NCBI GenBank assembly: GCA_020184695.1
Contig: JAANOX010000098.1
Span: forward strand, 186,001 to 250,000
Origin: Histomonas meleagridis 2922-C6/04-290x
Lineage: Eukaryota; Protista; Parabasalia
Direction of reading: 5' to 3'
Length of the DNA stretch: 64,000 bases
The notes under the pieces were generated by a model. It made no database searches, had not been told where the DNA came from, and worked only from the letters and a program-made list of their open reading frames with translations. Shown here piece by piece: positions 1 through 10,907 of this stretch. Numbering within the stretch: the stretch's first letter is position 1; each line of letters opens with the position of its first letter. Made by a program: the position numbers and the translations under genes.

Positions 1-6
1 GTTTAT

Positions 7-2454
7 TTGTTGTGTTTAATTTCAAGTAATTTTTTAAAATTTTTGGCAAAAATCGAATTCGATTTCATATCACATTTCACAAAAACGCAAAGAGAATTTT
101 CATGTTTACCTATCAATCTCCTCAAGGAAAATACAATATCTTCAGATAGTAGTAACGGCAAAATAACTACCCTTGCTAAGCATGGAAATAACTTGGTCGT
201 TGGCATGAATCCAAATATTATTTATCAATTCGAAATATCAATTGCAAATTTAGCAGATTATAAAATATTTAAAACCAAAAAGATAAATTTGAGTACAGCA
301 TGCAATTACATAAAAGATATACAATCATTCAGTAATTTCCTTTTGGTTCTTGTCATAATAGATAAAACCAAAACTTTAATAAAGCTCACAGATGATGGCC
401 AAGCATCAATTATTCAAAAGAACGTAAAATTTTTTACGACTAATCAATATTCTGATCACCAATCAATTGTAATTGTTGATGAAAAACGAATCACAATTTT
501 GGAATACAAAGACAAAAAGTGGACAAAGATATTTGTAACAGAATTTAGTGATCAGTGTTTATCTGTTTCCTATACATATCCCTTATTATTTTGTCTTTCA
601 CAAACTCTTATTCGAATTATTAATATCACCACTAATACATCCAATTCATATCAAACAGTAAGTTCTATAACACAATTTTCTTTTCCTGTTTCTCCCACAA
701 CATTTTTTCATTCAAATGGATTTTCTTCCATGATAATTGATTCGAATTTTAGATCCAATTTACCACCCAAAGTTTTTCAAGATAAACCAATCTCCCATTC
801 CCATATCGGTAACTTATTTGCATCTGTCTGCAATGGCCAAATTCATATTTATGACTTCAATCAGACGTCAACGACCGTTATCATGAAAAGTGCCACAAAA
901 ATCATTTCATTTGAAGATAATTTCATAGCATGTACGCCTACAGATATCAAACTAATTTTTGAAACTACAACCATTGTTAATAAAGTTTTTAAGAATCCTG
1001 ATTCAATATCAACAAATTTCAATATTCTAATTTCCATTTTCGAACAATATTGGCTTAAGAACAAACAAGAAAACGCGTTATTTCTATTTAAGACGCAAAC
1101 ATTTCGTAATAATCTTCAAGAATCGTTAAGTATTTTTCCATTTTTTAAATTCTCACAACAATTTACACATTCGATTACATTCGACAACATCACAAACAAA
1201 TCGAAAGAACTTTTATTACAAATTCTATTTGAAATAAGACGAAAATCACATTCGATTAATACTGAAGTCATTGATACGTCAATCGTAGAATTACTTGCAA
1301 TGAATGAAGACATTCCGAAATTTAATGAATTCCTCGAAAATAATCCGAAGTTTGATCACGAATCACTTTCATTGTTCTTTTCGGACAAAAATCGCAACAA
1401 AATTTATCCAATTTATTTATGTTCAATTGATAAATTCGATAATGCAATTGAATGTTATAAAGAACAAAATAATTTCGAAGAAGTAAAAAAGATTATTATG
1501 TTACAATCAAATGATTTTACATTTGTTAAAAGACATTTTCCTTATTTAGTGAATGTAAATCCATTTAAAGCATGTGAAATATTTTCTTGTAATAAAATTT
1601 CACCTGCAAAATCAATTAAATATATTAAAAAGAATTATCCAGACTTATACTTAATCCTTATCTTTAACTTAATATCACATGAAAATGTATTTAATAGAAA
1701 TTTTCTAATTAAAGATTTCTTGACGCAAATTGTCGATATGATGAATAACGGTGGAAAAGTGGCATTTCATAAATATTTACAAAAAAGTGAGAAAGTGGCA
1801 GATGATGAAATAGCAAGTGAAACAAATAAGTTATTAATTGAATTCATCAGAAGATATAAATCTATTATTGATACGGGGTTATTAATAGGATTAATCCCAA
1901 AAATATCTTCAAATAATGCAAAAATCGAAATTTATAAGGCATGCAATTTATACGATAAGGTAATGGAATTGATTTGGAATGAAAAAGATGGACCTTCAAA
2001 GTGTGAAAAACTTTGTGTAGAAGAGAAAAGCTCGGATTTGTTTTACTTTTATTTGGTATTATTGAAACAAAATCTTCCACAAAACGAATTTGTTCAAAAA
2101 CTTTTTACACTAATAGCAGAAAACTTTACGACTATAGGCATAGAAAAGGCGTTGTCACTAATTGACCTTCAAACTCAATTAGATGAGAATATATTTGAAA
2201 TGATTGAAAATTGTTATTTGAAAATAAACAGATTAAGGATGAACACACAGATCAAAGCTTCTCTAGAAACAGCCAGTGAACTTGATTCAGAATACAGAAG
2301 GGCCAAAGAGGAAACGAAATGTGTTCAATTAAGAAAAGAGAACGTTTGCGACGGTTGTGGGGCACCCCTAGGATATCAGTTTATTAGAAGAACACCAAAT
2401 GGAAAAATGTATCATTGTGTGTGCTTATCACCAAATGCGAATTCTCCCAAATAA
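7..2454 (+). CDS. VPS39/Vam6/TGFBRAP1-like HOPS/CORVET subunit (N-terminal beta-propeller/CNH-like region, helical solenoid, C-terminal zinc finger); probably 5'-truncated by the window edge
   Basis: 815-codon ORF, open back to position 1 with no initiating ATG. The C-terminal CDGCGAPLG...MYHCVC zinc-finger pattern follows a helical region, as in the Vps39/Vps3 family. Family assignment is by motif recall, not a search. Confidence 0.7.
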   Translation: MLCLISSNFLKFLAKIEFDFISHFTKTQREFSCLPINLLKENTISSDSSNGKITTLAKHGNNLVVGMNPNIIYQFEISIANLADYKIFKTKKINLSTACNYIKDIQSFSNFLLVLVIIDKTKTLIKLTDDGQASIIQKNVKFFTTNQYSDHQSIVIVDEKRITILEYKDKKWTKIFVTEFSDQCLSVSYTYPLLFCLSQTLIRIINITTNTSNSYQTVSSITQFSFPVSPTTFFHSNGFSSMIIDSNFRSNLPPKVFQDKPISHSHIGNLFASVCNGQIHIYDFNQTSTTVIMKSATKIISFEDNFIACTPTDIKLIFETTTIVNKVFKNPDSISTNFNILISIFEQYWLKNKQENALFLFKTQTFRNNLQESLSIFPFFKFSQQFTHSITFDNITNKSKELLLQILFEIRRKSHSINTEVIDTSIVELLAMNEDIPKFNEFLENNPKFDHESLSLFFSDKNRNKIYPIYLCSIDKFDNAIECYKEQNNFEEVKKIIMLQSNDFTFVKRHFPYLVNVNPFKACEIFSCNKISPAKSIKYIKKNYPDLYLILIFNLISHENVFNRNFLIKDFLTQIVDMMNNGGKVAFHKYLQKSEKVADDEIASETNKLLIEFIRRYKSIIDTGLLIGLIPKISSNNAKIEIYKACNLYDKVMELIWNEKDGPSKCEKLCVEEKSSDLFYFYLVLLKQNLPQNEFVQKLFTLIAENFTTIGIEKALSLIDLQTQLDENIFEMIENCYLKINRLRMNTQIKASLETASELDSEYRRAKEETKCVQLRKENVCDGCGAPLGYQFIRRTPNGKMYHCVCLSPNANSPK

Positions 2455-3366
2455 CATGCGTTTTTTCATATATTTTTATATTTAAATAATCTATAAATCA
2501 ATTTTCGAAAACTTTTTTTTTGCCTTTTTTTCTAAGAAATGCTGTGAATCTTGAATATGACGTGTCCGTGTTGTGGTTATATTATAGATATTTATCTCCC
2601 AACATTCTAATGGAGAGATTCAAATGAATTTTTACATATGGTTCAAAATCAATTTTGTAACAAGAAATTCATATTATACCATGAAGTATATTATGTATTT
2701 ATACTTTTGATTGGTAGCTTAAACACAAATACCTTGGACAAAAATTGTTCCTTTTTCTTTAATAAGTACATTAATATTGTATATAAAATTATAGCAAATT
2801 TGAGAAAATATTTAAAATATCTTGAAATTAATTTGATACTCATCTTGAAAAACATCATCTGTATAACTACAACACAGAGATTTATAGAAGAAAATAAAAT
2901 CTGTCTTATTTTTTAATATTATTTTGTAGTACATAAAATGTGATTATTTTTCATCCTGGTTTTTTAAACTCAATTTTTTACAAGTTATGATCAAACAAAA
3001 TTCAGAATAAATTTTTTTTCTAATCAAATTACATATAATTCACATATAAAATTATACTAGAATATCGTATGTTAATAAAGCTATATTAGTTTTTTGATTA
3101 TACTTCTAAAGCATATAAAAAAAATCAAAGTTATTACAGAAATATTCAAATATTGGCTGTCAGTGCTATTTTGCTTTGCTTGATTATATCATTACTACAT
3201 TTCTGATGCTGAAAAACTGTTTCAATCCAAGGGAACCCAAAAAAGATGAAAAAGAATTTACATTGTATTCTTTCGAACATGTTTTTGTATAATGCCATAA
3301 CCTTATTTAAATATTTTTATTATTTAACCAAAACAAAACAAATCCGACTTTTATTCACAATATCAA

Positions 3367-4464
3367 TTATAATTCATCGATTCCAACCAATGGTGTATTA
3401 CTCGCTTCAACCCATCTACTTTCCAATGTACATCCTTTTGGTAATTCCTCTATAGCTAATCCGATAGTTTTATCGAATACAATTTTTCCTTTTTCTGCAT
3501 TATCATCAATTAAATCGATTGGCACGTACATCAAAGCGTTATCCACTTCCAAAACGTTTGTATCTTCTTCGACATCATTTGCATTCACATTTTCTGTGTT
3601 TACAACTTTCTCTTCTAGCTTTAGAAGCGGTGTTAGCATTGGGTGCCGCATCGCAGCAAGGCGAACTTTTTCAAAGGTGTTGGTGAATTTCACTAACCCC
3701 TCCTCGGGTTGGTATGTGAATCCGTACATAAATCGATCGCCATTCGAACGGAGCTTTAAATAGAGAGCTCTCCCAAATCGCTTAGAGCGATGCGTTGAAA
3801 GCTCCGGAAGTAAAATCAATGGAATAGAAACATTGAAATTACTGACAATTTCAGAATACCATATAAAACGAAGATTAGTAACAATGGCAGTCCCCGATTT
3901 TGCTTGAAGACCTGCAAAGTTAGAAATCCCATCAAGGCGTAATATTACTTGTTCATTGATAAGTAAAATTAATTTGCCATCTTTGATTATGGAACTACGA
4001 AGACGTTGTTCACGTAGCAATGTGGAGTTAATATAGTTTTGATAAGCTGTTTCAAAAAAACGGAAATTTGACGGTGTACTCTTGGATACACAAAAAATGA
4101 ATTCGTAAACTTTATGACCAACCATGCAATGTAGTGTTAGAGATTCAGTGACTCCATCACCAGAGGCCACCGTTTCTTTAATTGAATAATTAGAAATTGT
4201 TTTATACCCAATGGAAATATTATTTACTGTATGCGGAATTCGCCAAATAAGACGGATGTTGGTGATTTGCAGTTGGCCGTATTGTCCAGGGTGAGCTTTC
4301 AGATCTTCTACTCGAACAATTAAAGTATATATATATTCTCCTGGAACTTTTGTTAATTCTTCATCTGCTTGATACATTGATATTTGACAATCTTTCGGAA
4401 TTTCAAATTCATCATCAGATGGAGAAATTTGCATAAATTTAAATCCTATTGATAAAAGTGACAT
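3367..4464 (-). CDS. BBS5: Bardet-Biedl syndrome 5 protein (BBSome subunit, two PH-like domains)
   Basis: Contains GQLQITNIRLIW and GTAIVTNLRFIWYSEIVSNFNVSIP, characteristic of the two BBS5 PH-like repeats. The ATG at 4464 overlaps a TCACTTTT promoter-like motif (4457-4461), so the true start may be the ATG at 4434 (MQISPS). Confidence 0.93.
   Translation of the reverse strand: MSLLSIGFKFMQISPSDDEFEIPKDCQISMYQADEELTKVPGEYIYTLIVRVEDLKAHPGQYGQLQITNIRLIWRIPHTVNNISIGYKTISNYSIKETVASGDGVTESLTLHCMVGHKVYEFIFCVSKSTPSNFRFFETAYQNYINSTLLREQRLRSSIIKDGKLILLINEQVILRLDGISNFAGLQAKSGTAIVTNLRFIWYSEIVSNFNVSIPLILLPELSTHRSKRFGRALYLKLRSNGDRFMYGFTYQPEEGLVKFTNTFEKVRLAAMRHPMLTPLLKLEEKVVNTENVNANDVEEDTNVLEVDNALMYVPIDLIDDNAEKGKIVFDKTIGLAIEELPKGCTLESRWVEASNTPLVGIDEL
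4457..4461 (-). promoter_or_regulatory. TCACT initiator-like / reverse AAAGTGAC-type core promoter motif upstream of BBS5
   Basis: The same GTCACTTTT/TCACTTT motif lies shortly upstream of ITFG1 (27755-27759, -), the 34060 gene (34050-34054), VPS50 (41043-41047), the UBR gene (46770-46779) and the phosphatase (48574-48578). It matches the TCAYT initiator known from trichomonads. Confidence 0.5.
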
Positions 4465-5437
4465 AAAAATCTTTTTTCAAGAAGATCCTGAGAATAGCCC
4501 AAAGAAACAAATAATATGTTTACGAATCATACTTATTCTAATTGAATCATCTATTGTTCGATATGAGCAATGTTTCCAACATTTTTAGGAATTACTGTTA
4601 ATTTAATTCTCGTTAATAAAGAATGTCAAATTGAATGCTATAAAATATTAGTTGAATTATGTTTAAGAGATATAATTCATTATGACTTTATCTCATTAGC
4701 TAAAACATTATTTGTTAAATCGCTTGAATCACAAAACTTAGAATTCATTGAATTATCATTTAATTTCATACATAAAATACTTCGAATAACACAAGATTAT
4801 AAAAATTATGATTTGATAAATGAAGAAGAAGAAGAAGATTTTCTCTTTTTCTTTAATAATGCAAATAAAATTCCGGATGAATAACAAATCAATTCGAAGT
4901 TTTCGATTTATGTTCACAAGTTTTTCCTTATTAATTAATGTACACAAATTGCGCATTGAAAAATATTTTGTTGTTTTACGCAAACCATAGAGAGCTTAGC
5001 TAAGGAAATAACTTTTAACGCGTTGGATAGAATGTTCCGAAAAGGTGTAAACTGCAGAGAGTGCTTCAGAATACACATAAAGTTGTTCATCGAGGCAGTG
5101 AACATCGTCTAGCTTCATTCGGATTGCTAGGATTTGCAAGTAAAAAACAAAATTTTTGGATATCATTTGGTGGGTTAATAAGTATATTATTACTTATTAA
5201 ATTTACTTGATCAAAAGCTTCTCTATCAATAAGACTTACAAGCACATATAAAATTTTACTGAAATTTTGTGCCTCATTCAACACGTTATCTGACATGTGA
5301 TATGAAATAATGCCGATATGATGAACGTTTATAATTTTCCTAAAACAGAAAGAAGTTGTGATTTTGAACATAAGCATACACAATACAGCGCATTCTTGTT
5401 TATATGCAAAAATTTATAAAACATATATTTTATTTAT

Positions 5438-8400
5438 TTATACTTCTTCTTCTACTTCTACTTCATTATCTAATAAACTATCTAAAAACATAATTACATT
5501 CGGGTTGTTATCCAAATCATGGAATACATATCTTTTCAAATCTTTAGCTTGAGGCGACAATTGCAACAAATAAATAACGATTGGATTTGTCAATGAAAAT
5601 GCATCAGGACCAGATATCGAAGCAACTTTTCTCACAGAGTTTGGTGACCTAAATGCCTTTGCGAAAGGCGACGTTGGAGTATTTCCCTCGAAGGCCTCCT
5701 CTTCCTTTCCCTCTATCCAAATTTTGAATACTGGGGCATCCCCACCGTTATCAATAATTTCAGTGAACCATCTAACTTTTTCATCGGGGTTATCCAACGC
5801 CGCTGAAATTTTTGAAGCCATATAACCGGCCGGGTAAATATATCTTTCAGAGTGGAAACCGTCACGATTTGTAACAATTGTACCCAAATTGTGAAGTGTT
5901 GCGGTTGCACTTAATTGTAACGGGAATTTGAGTAATTTGAAGACGTTAACGTTATTCATCAAATTATTTTTTTGTAAATGAATTTTTGATTCAATTAAAT
6001 TTGTTTGTTGATTAATATAATTTGCGGTAAATTGTGAGATATAATTATACAAAACATTAATTCTTTTCATCACATTATAATCATATGATAAAAAGAACAT
6101 AAGTTTTTGGTTTAACACTTTAAAGAATTTCGGTAAAACTAAAATATCTTTTGCTTTACCAAATCCATATTTCAACAACTCACTCAAGAAATTATATTCA
6201 TAAGCTGAATTAAATTCTTTTGTTGGTAATTTCTTCCATTCTGGTGCATTCGTTAAAAACGTTGATACGCTAACTTTCCGTAATATAACGCGTAATTGTT
6301 TCATAGCTTCTATTCGTTGTCGAATACGTATACAAGTAATGAGAGGTATACCTTCATCATTTGGATAATGAGAACGTTCTTTAATGAATGACATGAAATC
6401 ACGAATTTCATTTTCATCTTTATTTTGGATTTTCGATAATTCATTAATTGATTTATTATCATCGTTGTTCTCATTAATTCCATATCGCATTATATATTTA
6501 ATTCCTTTACTTTGTTCATTAAGATCCCAATTTTGGAATACGCATTTACAAATGTTATTCTTCTTACTGATATCATTTAGAAGATAACATTGGATATATT
6601 TCAATAAACATTTCGATCGAATTTTTAGAATATCAATATTAAGTTTTAAGTAATTTGTTATTTCATTATTACTTTCATCTTTTAATAATCCAAATAAATG
6701 GAAGTTATTATAACCAAATTGATAAATACATTTTAAGAGATATTTGTCATGTCGAGTTTTCCACCAATTCGGCATATTCGTATCAGAGTTCATTATATAT
6801 CGAAGGTTTTGGAGATGTAAATATTCTTCACTTTCAACTATAATATTTAAGAAGTATAATAATGTAATTGGTTTAAATAATTTCTTTGGTTCAATATTAG
6901 GCATACCAAATGTATTTAATGTGAATGTATCAACACTTTTGTTGTTACGTAATAAATAACCAATGTATATCGAAATTGGAGTTTCATTTTTAACATATCC
7001 TTTTTGTAATAACGTAGAACATAATCGAATTAAAAAGTTCTCCTTGATAAATAATCCCATAAATTGTTGGATTCCTTCCCATTTGTTCCATCCTAATGAA
7101 CAAAAGCCTCGAATTAATTGGTTCTTTTCACGTGGTTCCCATTGGAAGTTTTTACTTTTGATTTCTTTCGGATTTATTTCAATATCATTAAGTATCGTCT
7201 TTATTTTATCTTTAGGAGAATTTATTAACTTATCCCAAAAGTCACTGATGTCAAGTTCTTTCTCATAGAACTGACTATAATGTTGTTCATCATAATATAA
7301 ATTGTGTAATACTTCTTCATCAATTAATGACTCGATTGGGATGCGTTCATTCGTATGCTGTAATGATGTCATTGCTATTATGCGACAAATTTTTTGGATT
7401 TTTTGATCATTATTATTCGTATCAAAAAACATTGACTCAATACAATTCCGATTTTCTAATATGTATACTTTATATAAATTATTAAGTGAATTCTCAATGA
7501 TTTCATTCCAAATTTGATACCCGCCATCATAAATTATGACATAATCGATTTGTTTTTCTTCGATTTTTAGGGTCTTGGAATATAAGCAAACACGTGTAAT
7601 GGGTTTATATTGTCGAGAAGTTTGTAGAAAATCTTTTAATAAATTATAAATAAATGGAATCGTGGTTAATATTAAAACTCGAGACTGTTCATCAAGAGAA
7701 TCATTTAATATGTGTTCTATGATTCTCATTTTATATGATGGACCAACAAGTCCTTCATTACCAAAATCATGTTCAACTGAAGGTATCATAAATGGATGTT
7801 GAAGAGTATAATACAACTCGTTATAAAGTCGTAAGAAATATCCTTCAAGAATATCATCTTTATAAGTTTCATATATTAATTTATTACATATCATCTTTTG
7901 GAAATTTGTCAACGGACATTCTATGACATAATAGTTGATTTTGGGTTTGCTGTCAGTAATTGCTTCTGGAGGACAAATATTTGAAAATTCCTTAAGTGCG
8001 TTTTGCGCTTGAATTGAGAAGATTACACTATCTTTGACATCCTCTGTTAAAAAATTGTCATAAATCGCCTGTATCGTCGACAGAGTAAATGTCGGTGTTG
8101 TTAAATTGATTAAAAATTTCTTTCCTAAGGTGAGATTTATATGACCATTAATTTTTGTCTGTGAAGTAATAAAAAAGGTGATACGGAAATGAATGTTTGA
8201 GAAGTATTGTATGTCTTCTTCTAAAGTTTTTCGTTTGATAAATAACAAATGAAATTTTAATGTATCTTCAGATTTATAAAAATCAAGCTCGCGAATAATT
8301 GAACGATTACGTTCACTACCATCGTATTGCAATGAAAACATGGTTTTACTACTTTGATAATAATCGTACCAATTACGTAAATTATTATCATTATCAAATA

Positions 8401-9001
8401 AAAAAAGAAATGGTCCTGCATCATTATATTGATTATGAAGCAAGTGTACAAGTGACGCTGTGGATAATTTCGTGCCATCTGTAAATTCATCTGATATTGA
8501 AGGAATATTTGATGAATTTAATTTTAAAATAAAATAATTTAATTGATCAAGTTCTTGAAACCTAAGATGCTTTTCAAAAATAGAATAACGCTTAACAAGT
8601 GGAATTCGAGGAAACTTGAAATTAGGATTTGAAACCGTTGGTAAATTTGTTGTACTTCTAGTTCTATGAGTTACCAGAAAAGACTTGTCCAAGTACGTTT
8701 CTAATGTTAAATCTTCATATGAAAGATGAGACCATTTTGTTAAAAATTTTCCATCTTCAAATTTGATTATTTTATCAGGTATATCATAAGCTGGATCATA
8801 AAATGGTTGTGTTGTCCTTTGAAGAGATTCATTTGATTTGTATTCTTTTAATTTTTGCCTACCATTTTCAGTTTGTTTAATGTCTTTGCCTGTTAACCAT
8901 ACTGATGATTGGTACGAATAATTTTTCAACTTAACAAAATATTCTTTCTTTCGCTGAAGATTTAATCTGTGTCCTAAAATTTTCTCAATTCTATCTTCCA
9001 T
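5438..9001 (-). CDS. CHD-like chromatin protein: tandem chromodomains, degenerate SNF2 ATPase, SANT/helical region, C-terminal FYRN-FYRC domain
   Basis: N-terminal IEKILGHR...EYFVKLKNYSY and FLTKWSHLSYEDLTLE (chromo-like). SNF2 remnants: SDEFTDGTK, QHPF, SRVLIL. C-terminal LHNLGTIV...FHSERYIYPAGY...GGDAPVFKI...GNTPTSPF is FYR-like. Confidence 0.85.
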   Translation of the reverse strand: MEDRIEKILGHRLNLQRKKEYFVKLKNYSYQSSVWLTGKDIKQTENGRQKLKEYKSNESLQRTTQPFYDPAYDIPDKIIKFEDGKFLTKWSHLSYEDLTLETYLDKSFLVTHRTRSTTNLPTVSNPNFKFPRIPLVKRYSIFEKHLRFQELDQLNYFILKLNSSNIPSISDEFTDGTKLSTASLVHLLHNQYNDAGPFLFLFDNDNNLRNWYDYYQSSKTMFSLQYDGSERNRSIIRELDFYKSEDTLKFHLLFIKRKTLEEDIQYFSNIHFRITFFITSQTKINGHINLTLGKKFLINLTTPTFTLSTIQAIYDNFLTEDVKDSVIFSIQAQNALKEFSNICPPEAITDSKPKINYYVIECPLTNFQKMICNKLIYETYKDDILEGYFLRLYNELYYTLQHPFMIPSVEHDFGNEGLVGPSYKMRIIEHILNDSLDEQSRVLILTTIPFIYNLLKDFLQTSRQYKPITRVCLYSKTLKIEEKQIDYVIIYDGGYQIWNEIIENSLNNLYKVYILENRNCIESMFFDTNNNDQKIQKICRIIAMTSLQHTNERIPIESLIDEEVLHNLYYDEQHYSQFYEKELDISDFWDKLINSPKDKIKTILNDIEINPKEIKSKNFQWEPREKNQLIRGFCSLGWNKWEGIQQFMGLFIKENFLIRLCSTLLQKGYVKNETPISIYIGYLLRNNKSVDTFTLNTFGMPNIEPKKLFKPITLLYFLNIIVESEEYLHLQNLRYIMNSDTNMPNWWKTRHDKYLLKCIYQFGYNNFHLFGLLKDESNNEITNYLKLNIDILKIRSKCLLKYIQCYLLNDISKKNNICKCVFQNWDLNEQSKGIKYIMRYGINENNDDNKSINELSKIQNKDENEIRDFMSFIKERSHYPNDEGIPLITCIRIRQRIEAMKQLRVILRKVSVSTFLTNAPEWKKLPTKEFNSAYEYNFLSELLKYGFGKAKDILVLPKFFKVLNQKLMFFLSYDYNVMKRINVLYNYISQFTANYINQQTNLIESKIHLQKNNLMNNVNVFKLLKFPLQLSATATLHNLGTIVTNRDGFHSERYIYPAGYMASKISAALDNPDEKVRWFTEIIDNGGDAPVFKIWIEGKEEEAFEGNTPTSPFAKAFRSPNSVRKVASISGPDAFSLTNPIVIYLLQLSPQAKDLKRYVFHDLDNNPNVIMFLDSLLDNEVEVEEEV

Positions 9002-9460
9002 TTCTTTTCATATGACCGTTTATTACTGTGTTTCACAAAAAAATTCATTTCACATAAGAATAGAACTAACATCAGAGTTTTCATACCATTAAACGATCAT
9101 TTATAGAAGTTATCGAAATGAAAAAATGATATATTATAATATTAAAAATCAATACAAATAATTCAAAAAAGAGAAATCCCTTGGCTGTTAAAAAAATATC
9201 AAAAAGATAGTCGACAGAGCAACTTCTTTTATTCTATCCCTATTCTTTTTCAATGATTTTGTTTAAAACAAAATCAATTAACATATCAATCAGCTCTTAC
9301 TATTTCCCTATTTGCCAAGGTTGGATCTCCCCTCCAGTTAACCTGCAGTGCTGACTCTGCTTCCATTCAAAATTTCAATAATAACAAAATGGTATGATTA
9401 AATTTAATTTGATTACACCAAAGCAGAGAAAACAACAAAATCATTTTTCCTAACAATAGT

Positions 9461-10240
9461 TCAGAGTCCGACTTCATACGACCTTGATAATAATTCCAAG
9501 TTGTATGACTTGTTATTCTTCCTGATTTTGTCCACTCTCATCTGCAAGTGGTTAACTAGTTGCTCGCGTCTGTCAATTCTTAGTCGGGTAATATACAAGT
9601 CATCAAACCTGTTCAATTGATGTTCAATGCAATCGGGTGGAAATTCGCTGTTTTTAGACATTGTTTCGAAGGTTGTTTTCATTGTCTGGTTAAGGTCGAC
9701 ATCAATTTGGCATTCACCAACCTTTGTTGAATGTTTCATAATTCCAATTCGTTCAAGTAAAAAAGAAACTAAATAAAGTCTCCTAAGCATAGGCTTGGAT
9801 TTTTCTTCATCATCTGAAAACAAAAGAGCTATATCTTTGATGTGGAATGAAGGAATACCAAAATATACAAAAACACCCAAGAAACTGTTAACCAAATTAC
9901 CTATTGTTGGTGACTTTGGAAGATTGAAAAGGAATGTAGGATCTTCACGAATTGCTCTGACTTCAATTTCATGTGAAATATTTGAAACAAGATTATTAAG
10001 ACAGTGAAGTCCATTCCATTGGTATGAGTGCGTATTGAATTTGGAGCATATACCGCAAGCAACTAAAACGTTCATGAAATCGTAAAGTCGCCGTTTTTCA
10101 ATACCTGATTCATTTGATAATTGATTGATCTGGATAATAGTATTGACGTCATTTTCATGTGATTTAAGAAAGTTCTTGACGAATTCGGAGAAATTTTGCT
10201 TTTTTTGTGTGTGACAACTTCGATTAGCTTCGTTTTCCAT
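9461..10240 (-). CDS. E2F/DP-family winged-helix transcription factor with two DNA-binding-domain-like segments
   Basis: EKRRLYDFMNVLVACG...YQWNG matches the RRxYD E2F signature. A second degenerate copy reads LRRLYLVSFLLERIG. Confidence 0.85.
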   Translation of the reverse strand: MENEANRSCHTQKKQNFSEFVKNFLKSHENDVNTIIQINQLSNESGIEKRRLYDFMNVLVACGICSKFNTHSYQWNGLHCLNNLVSNISHEIEVRAIREDPTFLFNLPKSPTIGNLVNSFLGVFVYFGIPSFHIKDIALLFSDDEEKSKPMLRRLYLVSFLLERIGIMKHSTKVGECQIDVDLNQTMKTTFETMSKNSEFPPDCIEHQLNRFDDLYITRLRIDRREQLVNHLQMRVDKIRKNNKSYNLELLSRSYEVGL

Positions 10241-10907
10241 TTTGAAGGGAGTTCACAATCAAATGCGAATATTTTATTCTATTCAAAATTTTTTATTATT
10301 ATATTCTGAAATATAATTACTTGTCTAAATTCCGCAATAAAATAAGAATTGTAACATATTTAGACATAAATTAAAGAAGATATTTGCGTTTGAATTTAAA
10401 ATAATTATTTCAATACATTAGCCGGTAAAAACTTTCAAATATTACCTCATTTTTAATCATCGTTTATTTTATCGCATACATAAAATTAATAAAAATAAAA
10501 AATAAAAGATAGTTAATATATCATATTAAATATCATAAAAAATTTGTTGCATTCGTCCTTTCATACTTACGAAGATATTGATGGATTAATTTTCAATGGA
10601 GACTTAGCGGGAACCAATTGAAAAATATTGTCAATCACAAAAAGTAAAAACGACAAGCGTTCCCCGGCCAAAATAATTAAGAAAAAGTAAAAATTTACTC
10701 ACAAAATACAATACACCAAATTTTGCCTTTGAACGGGTGTAATTGGCTTTTTCTGAATTTTAATAACAGCGCGTAATGACCAGATATTAATTCAAAAAAT
10801 AGATAATAATCAATTCATTGTCTTTTCTTTGATCGGATTCGTATTTCTCAGTGAAATCCGAATAAAAATTGTTGTAATTCTGTAATGTGAATAAGTGTGA
10901 ATTGATA

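Noticed and set aside
2638-2916. 92-aa AT-rich ORF, and 3246-3455
   Set aside because: I/N/K/F/Y-biased composition expected by chance in very AT-rich DNA, with no motif.
9286-9366. GC-elevated 26-codon ORF (MEAESALQVNWRGDPTLANREIVRAD) between CHD and E2F genes
   Set aside because: Too short. The candidate GTAAGA...TAACAG splice yields only 33 aa with no recognisable family.
10562-10640. ATACTTAC resembling the U1 snRNA 5' end
   Set aside because: No GATCAC loop I, ATTGCAC loop II or properly placed Sm site follows.
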